Below are positions 28,972 to 38,501 of a stretch of DNA of 64,000 bases, piece by piece. Made by a program: the position numbers and the translations under genes. Source of the DNA: Flavobacteriaceae bacterium (GTDB lineage Bacteria > Bacteroidota > Bacteroidia > Flavobacteriales > Flavobacteriaceae); assembly GCA_049596815.1 (NCBI GenBank), contig JBMYLY010000002.1, positions 415 through 64,414 of the forward strand, given 5' to 3'. Under the pieces are notes generated by a model. The model searched no databases. It worked only from the letters and a program-made list of their open reading frames with translations, and was not told where the DNA came from. Numbering within the stretch: the stretch's first letter is position 1; every line of letters begins with the position of its first letter.

Positions 28972-29496
28972 ATGGTGGAATGGAATTACCTAGACCTCGT
29001 TTTTGGCGGGCTCATTATTATAGGAGCGCTCAGAGGTCTATTCAAAGGTTTTATTGTTGAAATTGCTTCCCTATTGGCTCTGATTTTAGGGGTTTATGGC
29101 GCCATTCATTTTTCACATTTTGTTGCCCAATGGCTTGTGCAATACGTGGAGTGGCAAGAAAGCTATATCGACCTAGCCGCTTTTGGGTTGACATTTACCT
29201 TCATCATCATCGCGGTGTCGCTGCTTGGAAAGTTTTTTACCAAGCTTGCCAAAATCATAATGCTCAATTGGCTCAACCGATTGTTGGGGCTTGTGTTTGG
29301 TGCCCTCAAAATGGCGGTTATCGCAGGGGTCTTGCTCATCATTGTAGAACGCGCCAATGCAATTTTTGGTTTTATTCCTAACTCTGTAATTTCTGAATCG
29401 GTCTTATCTGAACAACTGCTGAATCTCGGAACTTGGATATTTGACTATGTACCCGAAGGGCAAGAACAGCTCAACGAATTTCTGCAAGAAAGCTAA
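28972..29496 (+). CDS. cvpA: CvpA-family membrane protein
   Basis: 174 aa with 4 TM segments and an N-terminus (LDLVFGGLIIIGALRGLFKGF) typical of CvpA. Confidence 0.7.
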   Translation: MVEWNYLDLVFGGLIIIGALRGLFKGFIVEIASLLALILGVYGAIHFSHFVAQWLVQYVEWQESYIDLAAFGLTFTFIIIAVSLLGKFFTKLAKIIMLNWLNRLLGLVFGALKMAVIAGVLLIIVERANAIFGFIPNSVISESVLSEQLLNLGTWIFDYVPEGQEQLNEFLQES

Positions 29497-30269
29497 AAAG
29501 CGATCTTCTGAATCGTTTCCATGGGCACCCAACCCATACTGCCATTGGCCAAACGCACATGCGCCCATTGCTCGATCTGTTCGACCACAACCAGCTTGGT
29601 GCCTTCGTGCAACTGCACAAAAACTTCTGACCGCAAGTTTGGCTCAGCCCGAAAATCTACTTGCTGGGCGAAAACAACAGCCTCCGTCTCGGACTGTTGT
29701 TGAGCTTGTTGGTCATATGCAATGAATACAGAAAAACCGCTTGCGATAAAAAACAGCAATGCACCGGAAAAGAAAATTCTTTTGCGGACCGAATAGCGAG
29801 CCATAAAGTACCCACCAAAAAGCAGGCAGGCAACAAACATCGCTATAAGCGACAGCAGTGTCCAATCATTAATGGAAAGAGATTGGGTTAGGCGGTCATA
29901 AAAAACGGATAATCCGTTTTCGGGCAAGGATTCTATGGCGTCCAAAGTCATATTTTGGGCAAAAGGCAAGTTGGTCAGTACGCCTTTGTGGCCACTATCG
30001 AGAAGTAGGGCTTTTTCATAATTCAAAATACTTGGCGCGATTTGGTTTAGCTTGTAGTGGGCGTTGCCTTTGTTAAAATACAAGTCGGCCGAATGTACGC
30101 CAAGAGTCACTATGGAATCATACAAGACCAAAGCCTCTTGATACTGTCCTAAGTTGTATTGGGTGTTGGCTTGGGCAAACAATTCATCAGCGGTCTGGGC
30201 GTGAAGTGTCGCTGTTATGGTTCCCAATAAAATGATAAAAAATTTACGCATATCAGAACTGTTTGTCAA
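29493..30269 (-). CDS. batE: BatE-like protein (signal peptide, TPR, TM segments, C-terminal SH3b)
   Basis: It has TPR-like N-terminal repeats, two internal hydrophobic helices, and a C-terminal SH3b-like WAHVRLANGSMGWVPMETI. It is the last gene of the bat cluster. Confidence 0.65.
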   Translation of the reverse strand: MTNSSDMRKFFIILLGTITATLHAQTADELFAQANTQYNLGQYQEALVLYDSIVTLGVHSADLYFNKGNAHYKLNQIAPSILNYEKALLLDSGHKGVLTNLPFAQNMTLDAIESLPENGLSVFYDRLTQSLSINDWTLLSLIAMFVACLLFGGYFMARYSVRKRIFFSGALLFFIASGFSVFIAYDQQAQQQSETEAVVFAQQVDFRAEPNLRSEVFVQLHEGTKLVVVEQIEQWAHVRLANGSMGWVPMETIQKIAF

Positions 30270-32007
30270 TTTGGGAAATCAACTTGGCTGTGTGTGTGTA
30301 ATCGGAGCGCATGGCGCCAACAGATGAGGGCGTGTAGCGGGCAAACTCACAGTTTTCCAGCACCCCAACAAAAGCCTCTACCAAGTCATTTTCTATTCCG
30401 ATTTGGGTCAAAATATTGGCGATTTTTTCTTTGCTAAAATCTGCTGTCTCCATGTGGAGCTTGGCTTTGAGGTAATTGTGCAAAGCACGTTCCAGTGCCA
30501 CATAAAACGCCTCGGAGTTGTCAAGATTGCGTTTGGCTTCAGACAAATATTTTCTGGCCATACGGTTGGCAGTACGCATACGCACTCCTTCAAAATCTGC
30601 ATTAGCTCTCTGTTGCTTCCTCAAAAACAACCAAAAGATGGCTAGCAACAGCACAGGCAATGCCAATAGGGTGTAAAACAATGATGAGCCTAGAAATTCT
30701 GTCGCCTTTACTGGGCTAAATTTGGTATTGATTCGTATGAACTGGAATTGGGAATCAGGCAAAGAAATTCGATTGGTATTTTGGGTAGGGTCAGAGGCAT
30801 TTGAAGCAGTTGGTCCCTCTGTGACATCTATAACGATTTCTTTTGAATTAAGTGTCTTATAGGATTTTGCTTTCGGGTCAAAATACGAAAACCGCAAAGG
30901 TGGTATGGGATATTTCCCTTGAAACTGCGGTACCAAAGTATAGCTTTCAGAAACCGACCCACTCATACCAGCGCTTGCGGTGCGCACCTTTTCTTGTTGT
31001 TCGGGTTCGTACTGTTCGAGCGCGCTCGGGGTTTGCAGTTCTGGTAAGGAAAATAATTTTAAGTTTCCTTTTCCAGAAATGGTCACAACTGCTTGTAGCG
31101 ACTCAGATGCCTTTAGTTGGGTCTTGCTTGAGGTCACATCAAAGTCAAAAGCGCCTACAGCCCCTGAAAAATCTGCGGGGCGGCCTTGTTCGGGCAAAGG
31201 AAGAACATCGATTTTTACATCTCCGGCAGAGATCAATTTGGGAACTTGTTTGTAAATCATATTGCGGAAGAAATCACGCCTTCCTGTAGGGACATCGACC
31301 GTCACGTCCAATGTTAAGGGTTCAATATCCAAGGTTCCGGAGCGCTGCGGATACAAGACTGTTTTACGCCACTCCACATAGTTATACCTCTCCCCCTTAA
31401 AAACCGTCGTTTGAATGTCCCTGCGCTGTAAATCCACATTGTAAGACCAAAAATCATTGTAAGTGGGGTTGTCCACCACGTTTACGTTGGTAGGCATCAG
31501 GTTTTGGGCAAAATAAAGTTTATAAATGACCGTAACGGGTTCGTTTACATAAGGCCTTTTGTTAGAGATTTCGGCGACCAAATGCAATTTTTCATCTACC
31601 ACATAACTAGGGTCATTTGGGTCCCTTGGCACCTCCACAGCATCTGTCACAGTAACCGTGACAGGGGTAGTTTTAAAAGTTTTTCCCTCAAACTCGATTT
31701 GGGCTTGTTCGATATCATATACCCCTTTTTTAAGGGGTGCCAAAAAATAGGAATAACTCATCGAATAGCTGCGTTTGCCATTCACAAACACATTGCTCAC
31801 AGACTGCATCGGGCCTGAAATCACACGAAAATTCGAAAATGCAGGGGGTCTGAAGTTGTCTCCGGCTTTGTCTATGGAAAAATCCACACGCAAGCGTTCA
31901 TTGAGCCCCAATTTGTTTTTGCTGACCTTGACCTCAAAATTGACCTGTGCCCAGCTGCTAAAAGCAACGGATAGGAAAACGATAAGCATGTTTTTAGATC
32001 TGATCAT
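30253..32007 (-). CDS. batD: BatD (oxygen-tolerance) protein
   Basis: 584 aa with a signal peptide, long beta-rich region, late TM helix (LLALPVLLLAIFWLFL) and helical tail. It occupies the batD position after batC. Confidence 0.7.
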   Translation of the reverse strand: MIRSKNMLIVFLSVAFSSWAQVNFEVKVSKNKLGLNERLRVDFSIDKAGDNFRPPAFSNFRVISGPMQSVSNVFVNGKRSYSMSYSYFLAPLKKGVYDIEQAQIEFEGKTFKTTPVTVTVTDAVEVPRDPNDPSYVVDEKLHLVAEISNKRPYVNEPVTVIYKLYFAQNLMPTNVNVVDNPTYNDFWSYNVDLQRRDIQTTVFKGERYNYVEWRKTVLYPQRSGTLDIEPLTLDVTVDVPTGRRDFFRNMIYKQVPKLISAGDVKIDVLPLPEQGRPADFSGAVGAFDFDVTSSKTQLKASESLQAVVTISGKGNLKLFSLPELQTPSALEQYEPEQQEKVRTASAGMSGSVSESYTLVPQFQGKYPIPPLRFSYFDPKAKSYKTLNSKEIVIDVTEGPTASNASDPTQNTNRISLPDSQFQFIRINTKFSPVKATEFLGSSLFYTLLALPVLLLAIFWLFLRKQQRANADFEGVRMRTANRMARKYLSEAKRNLDNSEAFYVALERALHNYLKAKLHMETADFSKEKIANILTQIGIENDLVEAFVGVLENCEFARYTPSSVGAMRSDYTHTAKLISQIDKQF

Positions 32008-32010
32008 GGT

Positions 32011-32805
32011 TTACCAATCCTTGCGTTTCTTTTTCCCTGTGGGTTTGACTTTTTGGGCGTTGACCTTGTCTTGCACTTTTTTCTCCTCGTTGTTCATTGC
32101 CTCAAGAAGGTTTTGAATCTGTTGAGGAGATAATTGTGTGGGCGTTTCTTGAGGTTGGGCGTCCTCTTGTTGTTCACTTTCTTGGTCTTGCTCACTTTCT
32201 TGTTCACCCTCTTGTTCTTGGTCGCCCTGTTGGTCTTGCTCACCCTCCCCATCGCCCTGAGGTTCCTCCTGTTCTTGTTCGCCCTCGTCTTGGGGTTGGT
32301 TATGGTCTTGTGGGTCTTGGTTCTGCTGATCTTGATTTTGGTCGTTGTCAGGGTTCTGTTGTTGATCCTCTAACAACTCTTTTGCCAAAGCATAGTTATA
32401 ACGGGTCTGGTCATCATCAGGGTTGTTGCGCAAAGCCTCTTTGTAGGTTTCTACTGCTTTGGCATAGTCTTTTTGATCCATGAAAACATTGCCCATATTG
32501 TGTAGGGCACTGTGTTTTTCTGCTTTCGATTGAGAACGCATGGTGGCAGACTTAAACGCATTAAATGCCTCCCCCAAGGCATCTGATTCAAAGAGGGTGT
32601 TGCCCAAATTGTGCTGGGCCACAGCATTTTTTGGGGCAGATGCGATGGCTTTTCGGTATTCTTTTTCTGCCTCTACAAATGATTCATTTTGGTGCAGGTT
32701 GTTCCCCTTGTAAATATAATTGTCAGTTGCTTTGGTCTCCATGTCCTGTGCAAGTCCAGAAGCCGAAAGCCCCAAAACCAATACCATCAAAACGAACCGT
32801 CTCAT
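32011..32805 (-). CDS. batC: BatC-like TPR protein with a long acidic/Gln-rich tract and a lysine-rich C-terminus
   Basis: It has a signal peptide and TPR repeats (aa ~30-140). A D/E/Q-only tract follows (aa ~146-220), then a KKKRKDW tail. Confidence 0.7.
   Translation of the reverse strand: MRRFVLMVLVLGLSASGLAQDMETKATDNYIYKGNNLHQNESFVEAEKEYRKAIASAPKNAVAQHNLGNTLFESDALGEAFNAFKSATMRSQSKAEKHSALHNMGNVFMDQKDYAKAVETYKEALRNNPDDDQTRYNYALAKELLEDQQQNPDNDQNQDQQNQDPQDHNQPQDEGEQEQEEPQGDGEGEQDQQGDQEQEGEQESEQDQESEQQEDAQPQETPTQLSPQQIQNLLEAMNNEEKKVQDKVNAQKVKPTGKKKRKDW
32146..32370 (-). repeat. low-complexity GAx/CAx codon tract encoding the Asp/Glu/Gln-rich region of BatC
   Basis: About 75 codons are almost exclusively D/E/Q/G/N/P. 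Short direct DNA repeats such as TTGGTCTTGCTCAC occur twice. Confidence 0.7.
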
Positions 32806-33836
32806 TTTTCGTTAAATAAATTTAGTTTTTGTATCCATTTGGTTTTTCGCTCCAATAAAAATACTTCAAAGCAAATCAATAACAAGGCTAAGGCCAAAAA
32901 CCACTGATACTGGTCCTTAAATTTGGCAAATTGCTTGGTTTCAAATTCTTGTTTGTCCATTTTGAGAAGCTGTTCCCCTATGGTCTCGACCACCTCATCG
33001 GTATTGTCCCCAAGCATAAAAAGTCCGCCTGTGGCATTGGCAACATTTTCTAGAATTTCGGTGTTCATTCTCGTAACAACCACCTCTCCGTCTTCATCTT
33101 TTTTAAACGAGCTTGTGACTCCGTTGCGCTTGATTGGGATTACATCTCCCTTTTCGGAGCCTAAAGCGATGGTAAAAATCGTGATGCCTGCTTCTGCTGC
33201 AGCTTCCGCAGCCGAAAGACCTCCTTCTTCGTGGTCTTCCCCGTCGCTAAGGATACACAACACTCGGTTGGCTTGGTTGGCATCGTCAAAATAGTTTTCT
33301 GCCATTCGAATCGCTTCTGCAATGGCAGTACCTTGTGAGGACAACATTTCGGTATTGAGCGACTGCAAAAACATTTTTGCCGCGTCATAGTCTGTGGTGA
33401 TGGGCAAATGTGGGACCGCACTGGCAGCATAAGCGATGATACCGATTCGATCTCCCCCGAGTTTGTTGATGGTTTCAGAAACCAGCCTCTTGGCTTTTTC
33501 AAGTCGGTTGGGGGCAATGTCCTCCGCCAGCATACTCTTGGAAACATCGATGGCAAAGACCAAATCGACCCCCTCACGCTTGACCGTCTCCAACTCTGTA
33601 CCCACCTTGGGATTGACCAAAGCCAACACCAAAGCCGCACAGCCTAAAAGCAAAAATGATTGCTTGAGCCAACCTTTAAAAACAGAGCTTTCAGGGGATA
33701 ATTGTTCCAACATTTCGGAAGAACCAAACCGACGAACCGCCTTATTTTGCCAAGCACGAAACAGCAAATACCCGAATAGCATCACAGGCAAAAATGCCAT
33801 CAGATAAAAATAGATCGGTGTGTCCCACTGCATCAT
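32802..33836 (-). CDS. batB: VWA-domain membrane protein BatB
   Basis: It has N-terminal TM helices, a VWA domain with MIDAS DVSKSM, and a C-terminal TM helix. Confidence 0.85.
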   Translation of the reverse strand: MMQWDTPIYFYLMAFLPVMLFGYLLFRAWQNKAVRRFGSSEMLEQLSPESSVFKGWLKQSFLLLGCAALVLALVNPKVGTELETVKREGVDLVFAIDVSKSMLAEDIAPNRLEKAKRLVSETINKLGGDRIGIIAYAASAVPHLPITTDYDAAKMFLQSLNTEMLSSQGTAIAEAIRMAENYFDDANQANRVLCILSDGEDHEEGGLSAAEAAAEAGITIFTIALGSEKGDVIPIKRNGVTSSFKKDEDGEVVVTRMNTEILENVANATGGLFMLGDNTDEVVETIGEQLLKMDKQEFETKQFAKFKDQYQWFLALALLLICFEVFLLERKTKWIQKLNLFNEK

Positions 33837-34843
33837 TACACTACGCTTTTATAAAGGGTGATACGCAAAATCCATTCCACAAACAAAAAGGTCAGGCCCA
33901 GTAAAATAAACACCCGAAAATGCTCGTCATAGGTGGTATAGCTAAACTCCTCTACCTCTGTGGTCTCAAGTTTGTTAATCTCATCATAAATCGCTTCCAA
34001 CTTTTGGTTGTCTGTGGCGCGGAAATAAATCCCACCGGTTTGCTCGGCTACACTTCGCAACAGCTCTTCATCAATTTCCACACGGGTGAGCCCATACCTG
34101 AACGTTCCGTCTCTGTTGATGGCTACCGGCGCCATGGCATTGCCGTTGCTCCCTAGCCCGATGGTATAAGTCTTAATGCCATAAGAGGCGGCCAATCCGG
34201 CAGCGGTAGTCGGGTCGACAAACCCTGCGTTGTTTACGCCATCTGTTAGCAATATGATGACCTTGCTCAGCGCTTTGCTGTCCTTGAGTCGGTTTACGGC
34301 CGTGGCCAAGCCCATCCCTATGGCGGTTCCGTCATTGATAACACCGCCCTCATAGTTGAGCACCGTGAGGGCATTGCCTACTACCGCCTTATCACTAGTA
34401 ATAGGTGTTTTGGTATAAGCCTCTCCGGCATAGACCACCAATCCAATGCGGTCATTGATGCGGTCTTCGACAAATTCGGCAGCTACTTTCTTAAGTGCAC
34501 TAAGCCGATTGGGGCGAAGGTCACGAGACAGCATACTCGATGAGATGTCTATCGCCATCACGATATCGATGCCTCGAGTGGTTTTGGTACGGGTAGAGAT
34601 ATCAGCGGTTCTGGGTCTGGCCAGTGCAACAATAAGTGCCATAACAGCCAACAACCTGAAAATATGTAGCACGGGGTATAGCCTTGCCCAAAAGGTGGGT
34701 TGCTCCATCCCCGAGAGCGAAGAAATTTGCAGAACGCTGCGTTTGTTTCTCGGTCTCCAAAACATCCAAAATGCCAATATGGGGACTACACATAGTGCCC
34801 ATAAATGTTCCGGATTGGCAAAGGTGTCTTGGAAAAACATCAT
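33836..34843 (-). CDS. batA: VWA-domain membrane protein BatA
   Basis: It has two N-terminal TM helices, a VWA domain with MIDAS DISSSM, and a C-terminal TM helix. Confidence 0.85.
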   Translation of the reverse strand: MMFFQDTFANPEHLWALCVVPILAFWMFWRPRNKRSVLQISSLSGMEQPTFWARLYPVLHIFRLLAVMALIVALARPRTADISTRTKTTRGIDIVMAIDISSSMLSRDLRPNRLSALKKVAAEFVEDRINDRIGLVVYAGEAYTKTPITSDKAVVGNALTVLNYEGGVINDGTAIGMGLATAVNRLKDSKALSKVIILLTDGVNNAGFVDPTTAAGLAASYGIKTYTIGLGSNGNAMAPVAINRDGTFRYGLTRVEIDEELLRSVAEQTGGIYFRATDNQKLEAIYDEINKLETTEVEEFSYTTYDEHFRVFILLGLTFLFVEWILRITLYKSVV

Positions 34844-36429
34844 TGGACATCGGTATTAAAGTCAATGGAGTTCAAAATACGCTCGGCAACTTGAGGCGCA
34901 TAGGGGTCACCACGGTCATAGATGATACGGATTTGTTGGAATCCCTTGTTTTCCGCAAAGTACAGGACTTGGTATTCTTTGCGAATGAAGTCCTCTTCAT
35001 CAGCCCAATCAAAAGAACCTGAAACAACCACGCCTTTGACGCCCATAGGGCTTTGATAAGCTTCATCTTTTTGGAAAATATTAGTGGCTCCCAACTCTTC
35101 CAGTTGTCGCAATAAAGCACTGGCTCTTTCATTGATGTCCACTTCCGTTCCTTCGGGGTTCATAAACTGCTCGATACGCAACAAAAATTGAAAAGAATCT
35201 TCCAAACTTCCCATTCCAAATTGTTGCACAGTCGTGGCGCCCGATGGAATGCGTGTCAGCACCTCGGGTGTGCTGATCCGAACAGGAGTTGCACCATAGA
35301 TACTGGTCATCCAAGAGGCTTCGCTTAGGGCCAAAGTCGGGTGGCCAAAAATGCGGTCTTTAACTGACTGAAATCCATATAGGGCTACTGAGGTCCCAAA
35401 TCCAACAAGGACAACAGCCGCGCCAATCCATCCAAGGCGTTTGATCTGTCGATTGCGTTGTTGCTTGCGCATGGCCTGTCTGTAAGCCTCGTCTTGTAGC
35501 CGTTCTTCCTCCGTAGGCTCGGGTAAAGCCTCTTTGGTTTGCTTAACCACCGATTCAATCGCCGTGCGATCGGCCAGCGCAAGATGGGCGCCGGGTGCGG
35601 CTTTGGCAAACTTCACCAAGTCGGCGGTTTCCAATACCGATTGTAGGTTTTCGATGGTGTCTTTTTCTAAATCTAGATTACCGGCATCGCGCAACAGCTG
35701 CAACTTGGCAATCAATTGAGAAGAGGTGCTTTCCATGGCATCCACATGGGCATCATCTTCCAAATAATTGCGAACAATATCGGTGAGCGTGGAATAGTAT
35801 TTTTTGTAATCTTCCTGCTCCAACAAATTGTCTGTCTCTAAAGCCTGAAGTGCCTGTAAGGCACGTTCAAAAGGCGGGAGGGCTTTGTGTTTTTCACGAA
35901 TCTTATCGCGGGCTTTGACGAAGAGAAAATAACTCGCTACCAAAGCGCCCAACAGCACCAACACGACCAGAGAGGGTCGCCACCATCCAGCCGTGTTTTT
36001 TTCAATTTCTATGATAGGCTTGATGGGATACAACGGCTGTTTGAGCGTGTCTACCTCTACTGTGTGCACTTGTATTTTCAAAGAATCGGTCGAAAAAGCA
36101 ATGCCATCGACCCAAACTTTTTGTGGGGGTATGTGATAGGTGCCGGAGTCAAAATGTATAAGAGTATACACTCTTGACCAGTCCGATTTGTCCCCAACAA
36201 GTTTGCGGTTGATTTTTGTGGTATCGATAATCTCAAAAGGAAGAAAACTTTGACCTTTGGGAAAGGCAACCCTGGCCGTGGAATCGGTCTGCACCCGCAG
36301 CTCATAGTGAATGTCCTCCCCTATGGTAATGGCGGTGGTATCTACAGTGGCCAGTGGTTGGGGTTGGGGTTGTGCAAATGCTATGACAGAAAGAAACACA
36401 AACGATATGTAAATCCAATGCTTAGCCAC
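34840..36429 (-). CDS. bat-cluster membrane protein: BatD-like N-terminal domain, one TM helix, ~350-aa C-terminal region of unknown function
   Basis: 529 aa with a signal peptide and a beta-rich N-terminal ~150 aa (VDTTAITIGEDIHYELRV...) resembling the BatD N-terminus. It also has a TM helix SLVVLVLLGALVASYFLFV. It occupies the slot between DUF58 and batA. Confidence 0.45.
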   Translation of the reverse strand: MAKHWIYISFVFLSVIAFAQPQPQPLATVDTTAITIGEDIHYELRVQTDSTARVAFPKGQSFLPFEIIDTTKINRKLVGDKSDWSRVYTLIHFDSGTYHIPPQKVWVDGIAFSTDSLKIQVHTVEVDTLKQPLYPIKPIIEIEKNTAGWWRPSLVVLVLLGALVASYFLFVKARDKIREKHKALPPFERALQALQALETDNLLEQEDYKKYYSTLTDIVRNYLEDDAHVDAMESTSSQLIAKLQLLRDAGNLDLEKDTIENLQSVLETADLVKFAKAAPGAHLALADRTAIESVVKQTKEALPEPTEEERLQDEAYRQAMRKQQRNRQIKRLGWIGAAVVLVGFGTSVALYGFQSVKDRIFGHPTLALSEASWMTSIYGATPVRISTPEVLTRIPSGATTVQQFGMGSLEDSFQFLLRIEQFMNPEGTEVDINERASALLRQLEELGATNIFQKDEAYQSPMGVKGVVVSGSFDWADEEDFIRKEYQVLYFAENKGFQQIRIIYDRGDPYAPQVAERILNSIDFNTDVQ

Positions 36430-37288
36430 GATTTTTAAAATATCCTAAAAGTTTTTTTACATAACTCTCATCCATGCGACAGGACAGTGCGCCCGCACCG
36501 CTCTTGCTAAAGGAGTCTTTAAAGTACCTCATCCTTTCAGCCACTTGTTGTTGATGCTGTTTGCGTAGTTTTTTTGAGCTTGTATCCACCAATCTAAAAG
36601 TACCAGTTTCTCGATCCAGCATGGGAACCATCCCCAAATTGGGCAGTTCCATCTCGTGTTTGTCATACACTCTGATGCCTGTTAAATCGTGTTTTCGAGC
36701 CGCTATCTTGAGGTTCTTTGCGTAGCCCTCGTCCATAAAGTCCGACATCAAAAAGACAATCGCCTTCTTTTTCAATACACTCGACATAAATTTTAGAGCT
36801 TCTGACAATTGGGTCTTTCGGCTTACGGGTTGAAATTCGATAAGCTCTCTGATGATGCGCAACACATGAGATTTTCCTTTTTTGGGGGGTATAAACAACT
36901 CCACTTGGTCCGAAAACAAAATCAGACCTACCTTGTCATTGTTCTGTAGGGCCGAAAAGGCGAGCGTAGCCGAAATTTCTGTCAGATAATCTTTTTTGAA
37001 TTGTTCGTGTGATCCAAAAAAAGCCGAACCGCTCACATCGACTAGCAACATCAGGGTCAACTCCCGCTCTTCTTCAAAAACTTTGATAAAAGGCTCATTG
37101 TAGCGAGCGGTAACATTCCAGTCTATGGCCCGTACGTCGTCACCAAACTGATAGGGTCTTACTTCGCTAAAAGTCATACCCCGCCCTTTGAAGGTGCTAT
37201 GGTATTCTCCTCCAAAAATATGGTTGCTCAACCGACGCGTTTTGATTTCGATTTTGCGAACTTTCTGTAATAAGGATTTGGTATCCAT
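36422..37288 (-). CDS. DUF58-domain protein (MoxR partner)
   Basis: It carries the hallmark EVRPYQFGDDVRAIDWNVTAR. It is 288 aa and lies immediately downstream of the MoxR ATPase. Confidence 0.85.
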   Translation of the reverse strand: MDTKSLLQKVRKIEIKTRRLSNHIFGGEYHSTFKGRGMTFSEVRPYQFGDDVRAIDWNVTARYNEPFIKVFEEERELTLMLLVDVSGSAFFGSHEQFKKDYLTEISATLAFSALQNNDKVGLILFSDQVELFIPPKKGKSHVLRIIRELIEFQPVSRKTQLSEALKFMSSVLKKKAIVFLMSDFMDEGYAKNLKIAARKHDLTGIRVYDKHEMELPNLGMVPMLDRETGTFRLVDTSSKKLRKQHQQQVAERMRYFKDSFSKSGAGALSCRMDESYVKKLLGYFKNRG

Positions 37289-37329
37289 TACGAATTTTTG
37301 GGTGTTAACAGTTAGCGATTTTCGTGGGT

Positions 37330-38328
37330 TTACGGCACTTCTACCGCATTGACAATGCGATTGATAATATCTTCAGCAGTGACATTTTCTGCCTCGGCTT
37401 CATAGGTGATTCCAATACGATGACGCAACACATCATGAACGACCGCACGCACATCTTCAGGAACCACATAACCGCGGCGCTTGATAAACGCATAACACTT
37501 GGCCGCAGTTGCAAGATTGATACTACCTCTGGGAGAGGCACCAAACCCGATCAAAGGTTTGAGCGCCTCCAAACCATAACGCTCCGGATAGCGGGTGGCA
37601 AAAACCAAATCGAGGATGTACTGCTCAATCTTTTCATCCATATAGACCTCTCGTACAGTTTTCTGAGCCTTCAGCACTTGAGCCGTCGTTACGACTGCTT
37701 TTATTTTTTCGGCAGCGCCATTGAGGTTGGCTCGCACAATTTGTTGTTCGTCGCTTTTGTTGGGGTAGTCAATTATCACTTTGAGCATAAAGCGATCGAC
37801 TTGTGCTTCTGGAAGGGGATAGGTTCCCTCTTGTTCAACAGGGTTTTGGGTCGCCATGACCAAGAAAGGGGGTTTTAGAGAAAAGCTCTCATCGCCTATG
37901 GTGACTTGTTTCTCTTGCATGGCCTCTAGCAGGGCCGACTGTACCTTAGCAGGGGCTCGGTTGATTTCATCAGCCAAGACAAAATTGGCGAACACAGGCC
38001 CTTTTTTGATGCTAAAATCATTCTCTTTGATGTTGTAAATCATCGTTCCTATAACATCTGCGGGGAGCAAATCAGGCGTAAATTGTATGCGGCTAAACGA
38101 GGCTTTGATGGCTTTGCTCAATGAGTTGATGGCCAATGTCTTGGCCAATCCGGGAACTCCTTCCAACAAAATATGTCCTTGGCCCAGAAGGCCAATCAGC
38201 AGGCGCTCGGTCATATGGCGTTGGCCGACGATGACTTTGCCCATTTCCATATTGATCAAATCGACGAAGGCACTTTCCTTTTCAATTTTCTCATTCAAAG
38301 CTTTGATGTCCACTTGAGTTTGTTCCAT
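37330..38328 (-). CDS. MoxR-family AAA+ ATPase
   Basis: Walker A LLEGVPGLAKT, Walker B FVLADEINRA, and a sensor region ATQNPVEQEGTYPLPEAQVDRF typical of AAA_3/MoxR. Confidence 0.9.
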   Translation of the reverse strand: MEQTQVDIKALNEKIEKESAFVDLINMEMGKVIVGQRHMTERLLIGLLGQGHILLEGVPGLAKTLAINSLSKAIKASFSRIQFTPDLLPADVIGTMIYNIKENDFSIKKGPVFANFVLADEINRAPAKVQSALLEAMQEKQVTIGDESFSLKPPFLVMATQNPVEQEGTYPLPEAQVDRFMLKVIIDYPNKSDEQQIVRANLNGAAEKIKAVVTTAQVLKAQKTVREVYMDEKIEQYILDLVFATRYPERYGLEALKPLIGFGASPRGSINLATAAKCYAFIKRRGYVVPEDVRAVVHDVLRHRIGITYEAEAENVTAEDIINRIVNAVEVP

Positions 38329-38501
38329 TGAGTTAAAAATTTACTGAAAAATAGGTATAGTTTGCAAGGGCTGCAAGTTGATTAAAAATTTAAACCAAAT
38401 CTGTTAATATTTGGTTAAAAAAGATGTTTTTTGGGACGTGATGTGTACGGGGTATTTGTAATTTTAAGTGCAGAAATGGATTTGGAATTTACATTGACAA
38501 G

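Noticed and set aside
32134-32373. 79-aa Leu/Val/Phe-rich plus-strand ORF that looks like a multi-TM peptide
   Set aside because: It is the antisense reading of the BatC GAx/CAx acidic tract, which automatically yields Leu/Val/Phe codons. I also considered the tract as a CRISPR-like repeat array and rejected that, because there are no regular repeat-spacer units.
33161-33640. 159-aa ORF on the same strand as batB but in another frame
   Set aside because: It is embedded in the VWA domain coding region. Its Arg/Ser/Cys/Trp-rich composition is typical of an off-frame read, and there is no independent start context.
37324-37878. 184-aa plus-strand ORF
   Set aside because: It lies entirely antisense to the well-supported MoxR ATPase gene and has no recognisable motif. 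It is typical of the long antisense frames that arise opposite real genes.
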